The translations under genes and the position numbers were made by a program. From a candidate division WOR-3 bacterium (GTDB taxonomy: Bacteria; Hydrothermota; Tepidihabitantia; Tepidihabitantales; Tepidihabitantaceae), in contig CBFGJT010000005.1 of assembly GCA_965649165.1 (NCBI GenBank), positions 17,358 through 81,357 on the forward strand: a stretch of DNA of 64,000 bases, in the 5' to 3' direction. Shown piece after piece: positions 47,439 to 56,975 of the stretch. Every line of letters begins with the position of its first letter. The first letter of the stretch is position 1. The notes under the pieces were generated by a model that did not search any database, was not told the DNA's origin, and was given only the letters and a program-made list of their open reading frames with translations.

Positions 47439-49652
47439 TTGTTTTTAATTTCAGGGGCAGTAGCAGCAATCGGTGCTCTGGGATTGATTGCGCAGGTGGT
47501 AATTTTCCGTGAATTTCTCGGGATCTTTGCTGGTAATGAGCTTTCCGCCGGCATTTTACTATCCGCCTGGCTGTTGTTTGAAGGGCTGGGTGCCTGGTTA
47601 AGTGGCAGGTATGCCCCAAGGCTGAGAAGTGGGCTTTGGGACTGGTTTACAGGAATCGGCGTATTATCCGGGTTCTCCACAATTGTCAGCGTTCTTTTGA
47701 TAATATTCAGTCCGAGACTGACGGGTTTAATTCCTGGTGAAATTCTGAGTATGCACCAGTTGCTGATAATTACGGTGTTGGCTGTGCTACTGCCGGCAGG
47801 CACGCATGGCGCACTGTTTTCACTATCAGCCGAAATTTTTTCTCGGGTTGATCAATGTACCGGTGTCAGCCGGGCTTACCTTTACGAAGGGCTAGGCACT
47901 TTTATCACCGGTCTGCTGCTTTACTTTCTGCTCCTTTCCCGACTTGCCGGGATCGGGATTATTCTTCTTTTTACCGGTGTGATGCTGATTGTGCTGGCAC
48001 TGATTTATCCCCGACGAATCCCGGCGATGTTCTTTATTTTTGGGGGCAGTCTACTGGTGCTGGTGTCCCCTGCGCTTACTGACAGCCTCAGCCGCAGTTT
48101 AATGGAGGCGGTCTGGCAAGGACACCGGGTGCTTGCGGTCCGCGAGTCGCCTTATGGCAAGCTGGTTACGCTTGAAAGAGAGGGGCGCCGGCAGGTTCTT
48201 TATGACGGAACGGTGGTTATGGATATGCCTCGGTCCGAAATTATCCGGGATGAGCAGCTGGGGTATCTGCCGATGCTGTTTCATGCGAGGCCACAGGATG
48301 TCCTGATTCTGGGAGGTGGGAGAATTGGGCTGATTAATGAGGTGCTGAGGTTTCCGGTTTCTCGGGTGCAGGTAATTGAGCTTGATCCGGTACTGGTTGC
48401 AGAAACAGAGCGGGCGGGTGGTCAGATGGTTGCTGAAATGTTGTCTGAGCCAAGGGTGCAGGTAGTTACTGCTGACCCGCGCCGATTTTTCAATGTGACT
48501 GATGACAGTTTTGATGTGATCATACTTTCCCTGGCTGCACCGGCAAATCTTAATGCCAACCGTCTCTTCAGTGTTGAATTTTATCAGCAGTGTGCCCGGA
48601 GATTGAAGACCGGGGGCATGGTGGTTACGCCGATACCCGGCAGTGGAGACAATCTGGTTTTTGAAGCCGGGGTGATTGCCGGAATCCGACAGTCAACACT
48701 CGGCAGGGTGTTCCCCTATGTTTATGCTTTGGGTCTTGATATACCGCTGATGATTGCCAGCAGGCGACCGCTTGAGATTTCATCGGAAACGCTTGCCCAC
48801 CGGTTGAGAATGGAAAATCCCGGGTTGATAGTTTTAACACCGGAATATCTCGCTCATTTGCTTGATTCGTTCCGGCAGCAGCGATTCCAGAGCAAAATAG
48901 TAAATGCCGGGTTGATGAATTATGATTTGCTGCCGGTGGAGCTGTTTTATAATCTGGTGCGCGAGAGCCGGCGGCTTTCTCCCAGAATTGCCGAGTTGTT
49001 GGCAAGACTGCCGCTGGTGGTGGCGCAATCAACATTACCGCTGTTAGTACTATTAATCGTGGTTGCCATCGCTGGCAGTCTGGTGCGCCGCGGTTTTGCC
49101 CGTGGTTTCGGGATAATGAGCTCAGGTTTTGCCGGTGCGGGAGTTTCGACGCTGACAATTATGGTTTATCAGCTCCGCTTTGGTTCAGTTTATTCCGGCG
49201 TAGCAGTGCTGTTGGCCGGTTTTATACTCGGGTCGGTGGCGGGTGCATACCTGAGCAAGTGGTTTAAGAAGTGCCGACCGGCGATGCTTTTTCTTTGCGG
49301 CGATCTGATGTTTTTGGCGGTCCTGGGGACGATACTTCGATTGACGCGCAGCGGAGGTCAGACGCTATTGGTGTTAACGCTGATGTTTGCAGGGTTGATA
49401 TTAGGCTGGCAGTTCGGTGTTGCCAGCGCCGAGCGTCAGACAGAGATTCCCAGTGGTGGCAGGACCGCCGGTCTGTTAGGGGTGCTGGATTTCTCCGGCG
49501 GCGCAATCGGCGGATTTATAGTGGCAGTGGTGCTGGTGCCGGTCACCGGAGTTATGAATGCAATCCTGATAATTGCGGCGGTGAAATTAAGTAGTGCGGT
49601 TGTTCAGTTGTTGACATTGGGTAAATCCCGCTTTACAATCCAGCGTGTTTAA
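47439..49652 (+). CDS. polytopic membrane protein fused to a spermidine-synthase-like (SpeE-fold) domain
   Basis: About 7 N-terminal and about 5 C-terminal TM helices flank the segment VLILGGG.G....VL....V..V.V.ELDP.......FDVII.....P. TTG start. Confidence 0.75.
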   Translation: MFLISGAVAAIGALGLIAQVVIFREFLGIFAGNELSAGILLSAWLLFEGLGAWLSGRYAPRLRSGLWDWFTGIGVLSGFSTIVSVLLIIFSPRLTGLIPGEILSMHQLLIITVLAVLLPAGTHGALFSLSAEIFSRVDQCTGVSRAYLYEGLGTFITGLLLYFLLLSRLAGIGIILLFTGVMLIVLALIYPRRIPAMFFIFGGSLLVLVSPALTDSLSRSLMEAVWQGHRVLAVRESPYGKLVTLEREGRRQVLYDGTVVMDMPRSEIIRDEQLGYLPMLFHARPQDVLILGGGRIGLINEVLRFPVSRVQVIELDPVLVAETERAGGQMVAEMLSEPRVQVVTADPRRFFNVTDDSFDVIILSLAAPANLNANRLFSVEFYQQCARRLKTGGMVVTPIPGSGDNLVFEAGVIAGIRQSTLGRVFPYVYALGLDIPLMIASRRPLEISSETLAHRLRMENPGLIVLTPEYLAHLLDSFRQQRFQSKIVNAGLMNYDLLPVELFYNLVRESRRLSPRIAELLARLPLVVAQSTLPLLVLLIVVAIAGSLVRRGFARGFGIMSSGFAGAGVSTLTIMVYQLRFGSVYSGVAVLLAGFILGSVAGAYLSKWFKKCRPAMLFLCGDLMFLAVLGTILRLTRSGGQTLLVLTLMFAGLILGWQFGVASAERQTEIPSGGRTAGLLGVLDFSGGAIGGFIVAVVLVPVTGVMNAILIIAAVKLSSAVVQLLTLGKSRFTIQRV

Positions 49653-51003
49653 TTCCCGAAAAGGCAGCACAATTTTTATTGCCGGCTGGCTTATGCTCCT
49701 GTGCTGGGCCGAAGTATATGCCCAGGAGTCCGGTGGTATAACCGGTTTTGGTGGGATGAGTATTCAGGGGCTGCTGCAGCCGTCAGTTTCGCCAGTGCCC
49801 AGTCTTGTAGGAGTGGAGAGCCCGATAATATCGGACCAGTATATTCTGATGCCCGGCGACCGGCTGCTCGTAACGGTACGGGGAAAGGCAACATTTTCCT
49901 ATCAGAGTATGATTACCTATGAAGGAAAGATTACGGTCAATCTGCCGCTCGGGCCAATGGCACCATCTTACGATGGCTCAGGAAAGTCTCTGACACTGGA
50001 AGTGGTGGATGCAGTTACCGTCTCCGGACTCACACTGCGTCAAGCTCAGGATACTCTGAGTCGGGTGATGCGTCGCTACTTCCGGGATGCTGAGGTCAAG
50101 CTGACTCTGATGGGACTTAGGTCAGCAATTGTTTTTGTCACCGGTGAGGTTCAGTATCCCGGTGCCTACAATGCCTCGCCGGTTGAGCGGGTTTCGCAGC
50201 TGATTGCCCGTGCCGGCGGATTGTCACCGCTCGGGTCCAAAACCAGAATCGTATTGATCCGCGGTGGATTGCCCTTCGCCAATGTGGACATTGAGCGGTT
50301 TGAAAATGAGGGTGACCTGCAGGCAAACCCGTTCATTGAATCGGGCGATGTCATTTATGTGCCACCAGTGGAAGGGCTGGTTACAGTTAGGGGAGCGGTG
50401 TTTGGAAGAGGTGAATATCGAATCCGGGCGTCCGCCTTAACCACCGAAAAGGAGAGAATGAGCGAAGGGGTATACGAACTGAAGCCGGGTGAGCGGGTTT
50501 TTGATCTGATCCGAAAGGCGGGGGGCATTACACCCTGGGCCGACCTGCACAACTGCTATGTTGAGCGGCTGGTGCTGGGAGGAAATGGAGCAAGAAACAG
50601 GATTCCGGTCGACCTCCATCGGGTAATTTTTGAAAACGATTCCTCCCAAAATATTGAACTGGTAAATGCAGATGTAGTAGTGGTGCCGCCAATCAACTCT
50701 TTTGTCTATGTTCAAGGAGAAGTGACCAACCCCGGTTCTTTTCTCTATACCCCGCATTTCCGGGTAAGTGATTATGTTGGGCAGGCGGGCGGACCTACGG
50801 AAAATGGCAATTTAGCCGGGGTAACGATTGTTCGTCAGGGAAGGCGCATTCCGGCAAAATCCAATCCGGTAGCGGAAGCAGGTGATGTTATTATTGTGCC
50901 CCGTTACGGTATCAGATGGTGGCAGGATGTGGTAACGATCATCTCTCAGGTCGGAATTCCGACCCTTTCCCTGATTCTGACAGTAATTGCGCTGCAGCGT
51001 TAA
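49645..51003 (+). CDS. polysaccharide export protein (Wza-like, Poly_export plus SLBB domains)
   Basis: Contains Y.LMPGDRLLVTV and repeated V.V.GEV..PG.Y.......V...I..AGG SLBB-like units. Overlaps the upstream gene by 8 nt. Confidence 0.8.
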   Translation: MFNSRKGSTIFIAGWLMLLCWAEVYAQESGGITGFGGMSIQGLLQPSVSPVPSLVGVESPIISDQYILMPGDRLLVTVRGKATFSYQSMITYEGKITVNLPLGPMAPSYDGSGKSLTLEVVDAVTVSGLTLRQAQDTLSRVMRRYFRDAEVKLTLMGLRSAIVFVTGEVQYPGAYNASPVERVSQLIARAGGLSPLGSKTRIVLIRGGLPFANVDIERFENEGDLQANPFIESGDVIYVPPVEGLVTVRGAVFGRGEYRIRASALTTEKERMSEGVYELKPGERVFDLIRKAGGITPWADLHNCYVERLVLGGNGARNRIPVDLHRVIFENDSSQNIELVNADVVVVPPINSFVYVQGEVTNPGSFLYTPHFRVSDYVGQAGGPTENGNLAGVTIVRQGRRIPAKSNPVAEAGDVIIVPRYGIRWWQDVVTIISQVGIPTLSLILTVIALQR

Positions 51004-51443
51004 ATTTTATTTTCCCGCAGCGAAATTTTTCTGATTCTGCGGGCGTGACGTCCGCGAGTAAATTCTGTTTTTAAAAAGACCCGGACCAGTCTTCTTGCGA
51101 TCTCCGGAGCGAGCAGGTCCGCACCAAGACACAGAATATTGGCATTGTTGTGCTCCCGGCTGAGGCGTGCCATTTTTTCGTTCACACAGAGCGCCGCCCG
51201 CACACCGGGGATTTTGTTGGCTGCAATGGACATGCCGATCCCAGTAGCACAGATCAGTATACCCCGGTTCGCCTTGCCGGTGCCGACCATTTCCCCGACC
51301 GTAAAGGCGTAATCCGGGTAATCAGTCCGTTCGGTATTAAATGTGCCGCAGTCAATTACCCGGTAGCCCAGTCGGGAAAGCAGCGGTTTGAGCGATTCCT
51401 TTAGGAGAAAACCGCGGTGATCCGCACCCAGTGCCACTTTCAT
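51000..51443 (-). CDS. rpiB: ribose-5-phosphate isomerase B
   Basis: The start is reassigned to ATG 51443 ([15 protein letters not shown]). Contains [21 protein letters not shown]. It has an ATGA overlap with the ilvE stop. Confidence 0.9.
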   Translation of the reverse strand: MKVALGADHRGFLLKESLKPLLSRLGYRVIDCGTFNTERTDYPDYAFTVGEMVGTGKANRGILICATGIGMSIAANKIPGVRAALCVNEKMARLSREHNNANILCLGADLLAPEIARRLVRVFLKTEFTRGRHARRIRKISLRENKI

Positions 51444-52369
51444 CGGACAAAGGTCAGCCAGCCGTACCGGTCCTCCCGTTTGAGTTCGATGATGGCGAAA
51501 AACTCCTGCTGGAGCCGACGGGTGATTGGTCCGCATTTGCCGTTGCCGATGGTGATTCGGTCAACCGAGCGAATGGGTGTGACTTCGGCAGCGCTGCCGG
51601 TGAAGAAAATTTCATCCGCCAGATAGAGCATTTCCCGCAGCATCATCGTTTCCCGGACTTCGTAACCGAGTTCGCGCGCCAGGGTGATGATCGTGTCCCG
51701 GGTGATGCCGGGAAGAATCGTGGCGTGGAGCGGAGGGGTGTAAATAACACCATTGCGCACGACAAACAGATTTTCTCCGGAGCCTTCGGAGACAAAGCCG
51801 AAGACATCAAGGGCGATACCTTCAACAAAGCCGTAGGTCAATGCCTCCATCTTGATCAGCTGGGAGTTCATATAATTGGCGCAGGTTTTGGACATTGCCG
51901 GGAAGGTATTGGGAGCCATGCGGTTCCAGGAGGAGACCATGACATCGACACCCTGTTCCAGCGCCTCCGGGCCGAGGTATTTTCCCCATTTCCAGGTAAT
52001 CAGGGCAACATCAACCGGACAGCCGAATGGATTTACCCCCAGTTCCTTATAACCGCGATAGACAATCGGCCGGATATAACATTCATCGAGTTCATTCTTT
52101 TTGATCAGTTCCACCGTTGCCTGATTGATCTGTTCCCGGGTGAAAGGTATTTCCATCCGGTAGATCTTTGCCGAATTAAAAAGGCGGTTGGTATGGTCTG
52201 CCAGCCGGAAGACTGCCGGGCCTTTCGGCGTTTTATAACAGCGCAGACCTTCAAAGACACCGGTGCCATAGTGAATTACATGGGAGCAGATATGGATTTT
52301 CGCCTCTTCCCAAGGGATATAGTTGCCGTTCATCCAGATGAACCTGGACTTGGTTTCCTCAAGGCCCAT
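51440..52369 (-). CDS. ilvE: branched-chain amino acid aminotransferase
   Basis: Contains IWMNG.......A.I....H..HYG.GVFEG.R.Y, the GITRD segment and [18 protein letters not shown] lies upstream. Confidence 0.92.
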   Translation of the reverse strand: MGLEETKSRFIWMNGNYIPWEEAKIHICSHVIHYGTGVFEGLRCYKTPKGPAVFRLADHTNRLFNSAKIYRMEIPFTREQINQATVELIKKNELDECYIRPIVYRGYKELGVNPFGCPVDVALITWKWGKYLGPEALEQGVDVMVSSWNRMAPNTFPAMSKTCANYMNSQLIKMEALTYGFVEGIALDVFGFVSEGSGENLFVVRNGVIYTPPLHATILPGITRDTIITLARELGYEVRETMMLREMLYLADEIFFTGSAAEVTPIRSVDRITIGNGKCGPITRRLQQEFFAIIELKREDRYGWLTFVR

Positions 52370-52383
52370 TTGACCTCCTTTTT

Positions 52384-52419
52384 AATAAAAGTAAAGGCGG
52401 AACCGCTGGGCTCCGCCTT
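52384..52419 (-). terminator. hairpin plus T-run between tRNA-Met and ilvE
   Basis: Minus strand reads AAGGCGGA gcccagcggt TCCGCCTT followed by TACTTTTATT. Only about 24 nt, including AAGGAGG, remain before the ilvE ATG. Confidence 0.6.
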
Positions 52420-52469
52420 CATTTTTACTAAGCTGAAATAATATAATCACTGCGTTCTGCTTCCGTGTA

Positions 52470-52542
52470 TGGTGGCGAAGGGAGTCGAACCCCTGACCCG
52501 TGGATTATGATTCCACTGCTCTGCCAGCTGAGCTACGCCACC
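52470..52542 (-). tRNA. tRNA with anticodon CAT (elongator Met, or Ile2 if lysidine-modified)
   Basis: Hand-folded cloverleaf: GGTGGCG TA GCTC AGCTGGCA GAGC A GTGGA ATCATAA TCCAC GGGTC AGGGG TTCGACT CCCTT CGCCACC A. It is not initiator-like: positions 1-72 are paired and there is no GGG/CCC anticodon stem. Confidence 0.9.
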
Positions 52543-52551
52543 ATTTTTTTA

Positions 52552-52579
52552 ATTTTAATTATCGGTAAGTTCAAGTCAA
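52552..52579 (-). promoter_or_regulatory. sigma70-like promoter (TTGACT-16-TAAAAT) for tRNA-CAT
   Basis: Minus strand reads TTGACT tgaacttaccgataat TAAAAT taaaaaaat, followed by tRNA base 1. Confidence 0.7.
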
Positions 52580-52601
52580 ACTGCGCGGAGCGGGGTATTC
52601 A

Positions 52602-52630
52602 TTGACAGCAGGCAAAGGTTTTTTTAAATA
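52602..52630 (+). promoter_or_regulatory. sigma70-like promoter (TTGACA-17-TAAATA) for the Asp-box protein gene
   Basis: The hexamers were read directly. AAGGAGG and TTG 52656 follow. Confidence 0.5.
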
Positions 52631-52655
52631 TTTTATAACCTGAAAGGAGGTAGTA

Positions 52656-53879
52656 TTGAAGAGGCTACTGGTGATCGTTAGCGGCTGTTTCGGTCTACTG
52701 CTGGCGCTTTGGACACCGGTCGGCCCTGGTGGTGGTAATGTGTATTCGGGTGACATCAGCAATACCAGTCCCGCAGTGATCTACTTTGCCCCATATAACA
52801 GCTCCACCCGGCTGGTGAAATCGACCGATGAAGGGCTAACCTGGGTTCAGACCCCCGGCGTCCTTCCGGGCTATGTTTATGAGGTGCTGGTGCATCCGAC
52901 CAATCCCAACATCGTCTATGCCGGCCTGGGAACTTCAATCTACAAAACAACCAATGGTGGTGCCTCATGGACCAGGTTGAGTACCCCCAATTCCAACTAC
53001 TTTCGGGCGATGGCGATGAATCCACAAAATCCAGATGTGATCTATGCTGCCGGCTATTACTATGGTGCCAGCCCTTATAAGCAGGTGCTGGTCCGAAGTG
53101 ATGATGGGGGCAATACCTGGTCTGCCTTTTATTTTGATACGACAACCACTAACGCCTATGGTTATTCATTGGCGATCGATCCGATTGATACTGCTACCGT
53201 TTATGTTGGCGGCTACCGGGCTTCCGGTTTGACGACGCTCCACCGCTCCTCAGACCGGGGTCAGACCTGGGAGGAGCTGCCGCTTGGAATCAGCGGTTAT
53301 TATCCATATTCAGTCTATATCAGTCCGGCAAATCCGAATCTGATTTTTATAGCACCCTATACCACCGGTATTTATCGTTCGACCGATCGCGGTCAGACCT
53401 GGATGCAGGTAGCGAGTGTAGTCGCAGTTTACCGGCTTACCGGCGCATCCGGCAACCCGGCGGTGTTTTACGCCTCTACCAGTAGCAGTGTTTATCGCAG
53501 TCAGGATACTGGGCGGACCTGGACACTCGTCAACCGCGGGCTCTCGGGTAATCCTAATTTCTGCCTGATGAGCAATCCGAACAGCACGCCGACAGTATAT
53601 GTCGGGACCAAGACCGGTCTTTTCCGCTCAACCAACTACGGTGATACCTGGGAAAATCTGATTGAAGAGCTGTTTCTCAGTCAGGTCAAAGTGGTGGCGC
53701 TGGCGAATGATCCGGCTACGGTTTATGTGGAGTGTCTAAACGATGGTGTGTATAAATCAACAGATAACGGTACTACCTGGCGCCGCTGTTCGGACTTCCT
53801 ATCCTGCGGGAATATCACTTCGATTGCGGTGGACCCGCGTGCCCCCCTGACCCTCTGGGCGCTCGAAGGCTCAGGTTGA
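52656..53879 (+). CDS. Asp-box (BNR) repeat beta-propeller protein, N-terminal part, ending at an in-frame TGA
   Basis: Signal peptide plus 8 SxDxGxTW boxes. The next ORF is in the same frame, 18 nt after the TGA. Confidence 0.7.
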   Translation: MKRLLVIVSGCFGLLLALWTPVGPGGGNVYSGDISNTSPAVIYFAPYNSSTRLVKSTDEGLTWVQTPGVLPGYVYEVLVHPTNPNIVYAGLGTSIYKTTNGGASWTRLSTPNSNYFRAMAMNPQNPDVIYAAGYYYGASPYKQVLVRSDDGGNTWSAFYFDTTTTNAYGYSLAIDPIDTATVYVGGYRASGLTTLHRSSDRGQTWEELPLGISGYYPYSVYISPANPNLIFIAPYTTGIYRSTDRGQTWMQVASVVAVYRLTGASGNPAVFYASTSSSVYRSQDTGRTWTLVNRGLSGNPNFCLMSNPNSTPTVYVGTKTGLFRSTNYGDTWENLIEELFLSQVKVVALANDPATVYVECLNDGVYKSTDNGTTWRRCSDFLSCGNITSIAVDPRAPLTLWALEGSG

Positions 53880-53897
53880 GGTAACGCCGAGCTCTTT

Positions 53898-54878
53898 TTG
53901 AGCACAGACGGCGGGTCCGTCTGGACACAGAAAGAAAGTTATCTTGGTGATGGCGCGGCAGTGGCAATCTCACCGCACAATCCGGATGTAATTTTCACCT
54001 GCGGCTACGGGTATATCAATAACGCCTACCGGATTCAAACCTCCTACACCACCGACTGCGGTAATACCTGGATTCGTGATACAATCATCGATTCAATCGC
54101 CAGGGTGAATACCGTCGTTTTTGATCCCTTTGTGCCTAACCGTCTGCTGATGGGCGGTGATTCGATCTACAATTACAAGCTACTGCTGGTGAGTACCGAT
54201 CTCGGCAATACTTGGGAACATACCGGTAATGGCTTGAGCGGGATTGTCTATACTCTGGCGGCTTCGGTCCGGACTCCGGGTTTGATGTATGCCGGCACTA
54301 ATCAGGGCCTTTATCGGTCGACTGACGGCGGTATAAACTGGGGTCGGACCGGCAGCTTCACCATGGTCCGTTCGGTCGCGATCGATCCTGCTAATGACAG
54401 TTTGGTTTATGCGGGCACAAGCACAGGTATTTACCGGACGACCGATGGCGGAACGAGCTGGATTCTGGACAACGAAGGGTTGGAGATCACAGACATTCTC
54501 ACCCTCGCGTTCCGGAGCACCGCTCTGCGGACGGTGTTTGCCGGCACCAATGGCGGAGGGGTCTACATTACTACCCCGCCAACCGGGATTGGCGAGGCGA
54601 CGGTCGGTTCCGGCAGCAGCGGCATGGGCCTGCGGATCCTACCCAACCCTGCTCGGAGCCGGTTCCAGGTGCTGGTTTTGGCTAGAGATGGTGAAATGCT
54701 CCAAGGTGCGCTATATGATCCTGCCGGCAGGCTGGTGCAGATGCTGGCGCCCCAGCCGGTCATCAATGGCCGGACAGGGTGGCAGGTCAACCTTCAGGGA
54801 TCAGTTAAGGGGGTGTATCTCCTCCGGATCCGGAGCCGGACCGGTGAGCAGACCGGCAGATTGGTTCTGACCGATTAG
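53898..54878 (+). CDS. Asp-box (BNR) repeat protein, C-terminal part with T9SS-type CTD (same frame as 52656-53879)
   Basis: 5 further Asp boxes, then the CTD ..LRILPNPARSRFQVLV....GALYDPAGRLVQML........GVYLLRIRS..GEQTGRLVLTD. It has no signal peptide of its own. Confidence 0.7.
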   Translation: MSTDGGSVWTQKESYLGDGAAVAISPHNPDVIFTCGYGYINNAYRIQTSYTTDCGNTWIRDTIIDSIARVNTVVFDPFVPNRLLMGGDSIYNYKLLLVSTDLGNTWEHTGNGLSGIVYTLAASVRTPGLMYAGTNQGLYRSTDGGINWGRTGSFTMVRSVAIDPANDSLVYAGTSTGIYRTTDGGTSWILDNEGLEITDILTLAFRSTALRTVFAGTNGGGVYITTPPTGIGEATVGSGSSGMGLRILPNPARSRFQVLVLARDGEMLQGALYDPAGRLVQMLAPQPVINGRTGWQVNLQGSVKGVYLLRIRSRTGEQTGRLVLTD

Positions 54879-54930
54879 CCAGCCGTTTTCCGGACTTGAC
54901 GCCCGGCGGATTTCCGGATATGCTCCTCTT

Positions 54931-55833
54931 GTGGAGTTACTTCCGGAATACCGCCGGGCGCTTGTTCAGTTTCTTGATTATCTGAAAAAGGAACGGGGGT
55001 ATTCGATTCATACCGTCCGCTCTTATGAGGCAGATCTGAATCAGTTCTTTGACTTCTGTGCCGAAGTGTTGAACGGCAAGCCGCTTGAGCGGCTGGAACG
55101 GAACGATATCCGGGACTTTGTCGGCGCGGTGATGCGCTATGGTTACACCGGCAAAAGCACCGCGCGCAAACTTTCGGTCCTGCGTTCCTTTTTCCGGTTT
55201 CTGACCATAACCGGGGTGCTGGAGCGCAATCCGGCACGGGGAATTAAAGGACCACCGCTGGAACACCGGCTGCCGCCACTTCTGACCGAGTTTCAGGTAC
55301 ATGAGGCGCTCAAGCCGCTGGATGAATCCATCCGGTCGCTGCGCGATGCGGCGATTCTCGAGACGCTTTATGGCTCGGGTCTGCGGGCATCAGAGCTGGT
55401 TGGGCTTAATATTCCGGATATTGACTTTGAGGCGGAGACGATCCGGGTCCGGGGCAAGGGAGGGAAGGAGCGGATTCTGCCTTTGGGACAGAAGGAGGCG
55501 GAGGCGATCCAGCGCTATCTGGCGGTGCGCGGCTATTCGGAGGAAAAGGCGGTTTTTCTCAACCTCAAAGGCGGAAGACTGACTACCCGCTCAGTCCAGC
55601 AGATTGTCCGGCGTGCCCTGAGTCGGGTCAGCGGTACGGCTGCCACTCATCCGCACGCCCTGCGCCATGCCTTTGCCACTCATCTGCTCGAGCGGGGGGC
55701 AGATCTGCGGGCGGTGCAGGAGCTTCTGGGGCATGCCTCGCTATCATCAACCCAGATTTACACCCATCTAACTGTGGAGCGGCTGCGCCGGATTTATGAC
55801 CGGGCGCATCCCCGATCCGGCGCCGAGGATTAG
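54931..55833 (+). CDS. tyrosine site-specific recombinase, XerC/XerD family
   Basis: N-terminal SAM-like segment F..YL..ERG.S..T...Y..DL..F. Catalytic segments ..R..ELVGL...D, HALRHAFATHLLE.GADLR.VQELLGH and T.IYTH. GTG start. Confidence 0.85.
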   Translation: MELLPEYRRALVQFLDYLKKERGYSIHTVRSYEADLNQFFDFCAEVLNGKPLERLERNDIRDFVGAVMRYGYTGKSTARKLSVLRSFFRFLTITGVLERNPARGIKGPPLEHRLPPLLTEFQVHEALKPLDESIRSLRDAAILETLYGSGLRASELVGLNIPDIDFEAETIRVRGKGGKERILPLGQKEAEAIQRYLAVRGYSEEKAVFLNLKGGRLTTRSVQQIVRRALSRVSGTAATHPHALRHAFATHLLERGADLRAVQELLGHASLSSTQIYTHLTVERLRRIYDRAHPRSGAED

Positions 55834-56975
55834 AGCAGCCGGATCCGGTGTCGGGGGAGGTTCCGTTCCTTCCAACGACTTTTCCCGGTTACGGTGAGCA
55901 GGATTGAGGCGAATCCGATCAGGCAGGCATTGAGCATAATCAGCGGATGGAGCATAGGCAGATGGCGCGGCAGCCGGAACCGCAGGGAAATTATGTGCCA
56001 GCAGGCAAGCTGGAGACCGAGGGTCAGCAGGGCACACCAGAAGTTGAAATCAACCTGTGCCCGGGCAACGGTAAAAAGCGGGTGAAACGTGATGAGCAGC
56101 AGCCAGCTCCAGACAAAGATCGCGGGCAGGAGCCGGTAGTCAAAGAGCGGGAAGAAATTCTTGGTAAAGCCGTGCCAGGCATCCTGCCAGCCCTGATACA
56201 TCCGGGTGGAGATAAGCGGGCTGAGATCCAGAAAAACCCAGTTCAATCCGAACCGTTTTACCCGCCGGACGAGCGCCAGGTCCTCAGCCGCCTCGCCTTT
56301 GACCGCTTGATGACCACCGATCACATCATACCCAGAGCGCGTGAAGAGCAGGAACTTGCCGTTAGCCGCCGAAAACGCTTGTGAACGCTTCCAGCGGTAG
56401 GCAATGAGCAGCGGCAAAATGGTGATGATTGACCAGATAATAAAAGGCACGGTCAGCTGTTCGCCCAGGGTCAGGACCTGATTGTGAATGATCCCAGTTA
56501 AAAGGCTAAGCTGGTGTTGTTGCAGGCGGGCAACCGTCCGGCTTAGGGCATCAGGTCCAAAGACAGTATCAGCATCGGTGAAAAGTAAAAGTTCACCCGT
56601 GGCATACTGTGCCAATTGGTGGCAGGCCCAGTTTTTGCCGGTCCAGCCTGCAGGTACCGGCTGTCCGGTGATGAGCCGGAGCCGGGATGATTTCAGCCGT
56701 TCGACCATCTCGCCGGTGCGGTCCTGAGAACCATCGTCCAGGACCAGAACTTCGTAATTTGGATAGTTCTGATTCAGCAGCGATTCGACACAGCGCCCGA
56801 TTGTGGCTTCCTCGTTTCTTGCCGGGATCAGGACCGAGACCCGGGGGAAAGAGGTCAGTCCGTTTTTTTCTGCCCGCCGGCGGAGCAGGAGGAGGTTGGT
56901 GATCGTGATCAGAAACTGGGCTAGGACAAAGAGCAGAATCCGGGCGGAATCAACAAACAGGGCAAACGGTTTCAT
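55830..56975 (-). CDS. membrane-bound family 2 glycosyltransferase
   Basis: The start is reassigned to ATG 56975, a TAATG overlap with plsY. Contains VSVLIPARNEE..I..C..SLL.Q.YP..EVLVLDDGS.D.T and FTDADT, with C-terminal TM helices. Confidence 0.8.
   Translation of the reverse strand: MKPFALFVDSARILLFVLAQFLITITNLLLLRRRAEKNGLTSFPRVSVLIPARNEEATIGRCVESLLNQNYPNYEVLVLDDGSQDRTGEMVERLKSSRLRLITGQPVPAGWTGKNWACHQLAQYATGELLLFTDADTVFGPDALSRTVARLQQHQLSLLTGIIHNQVLTLGEQLTVPFIIWSIITILPLLIAYRWKRSQAFSAANGKFLLFTRSGYDVIGGHQAVKGEAAEDLALVRRVKRFGLNWVFLDLSPLISTRMYQGWQDAWHGFTKNFFPLFDYRLLPAIFVWSWLLLITFHPLFTVARAQVDFNFWCALLTLGLQLACWHIISLRFRLPRHLPMLHPLIMLNACLIGFASILLTVTGKSRWKERNLPRHRIRLL

Noticed and set aside
51431-52441. 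336-aa plus-strand ORF
   Set aside because: It is fully antisense to ilvE, which has clear aminotransferase motifs and an AAGGAGG. It is a shadow ORF.
53877-53879. In-frame TGA as selenocysteine or as a reassigned (Gly/Trp) codon
   Set aside because: TGA clearly terminates many well-conserved genes in this window, including the TonB receptor, uvsE and ilvE. The context GSG-TGA-GNA is not a redox motif, and I see no SECIS-like hairpin immediately downstream. It is treated as a nonsense mutation or base-call error, or possibly read-through.
53821-53940. When hand-indexing the printed lines here, my positions ran 1 nt ahead of the ORF track, with an apparent extra T at 53820/53821 and a missing T at 53940/53941
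   Set aside because: The track translations on both strands are self-consistent, and the offset cancels within 120 nt. I treat it as my own reading or indexing problem, not a frameshift, and I used the track coordinates for this region.
52470-55833. tRNA plus tyrosine recombinase as boundaries of an integrated island
   Set aside because: The recombinase has the XerC/XerD-type N-terminal and catalytic signatures rather than a phage-integrase layout. I found no direct repeat of the tRNA 3' end, and the intervening gene resembles other surface proteins of the window.
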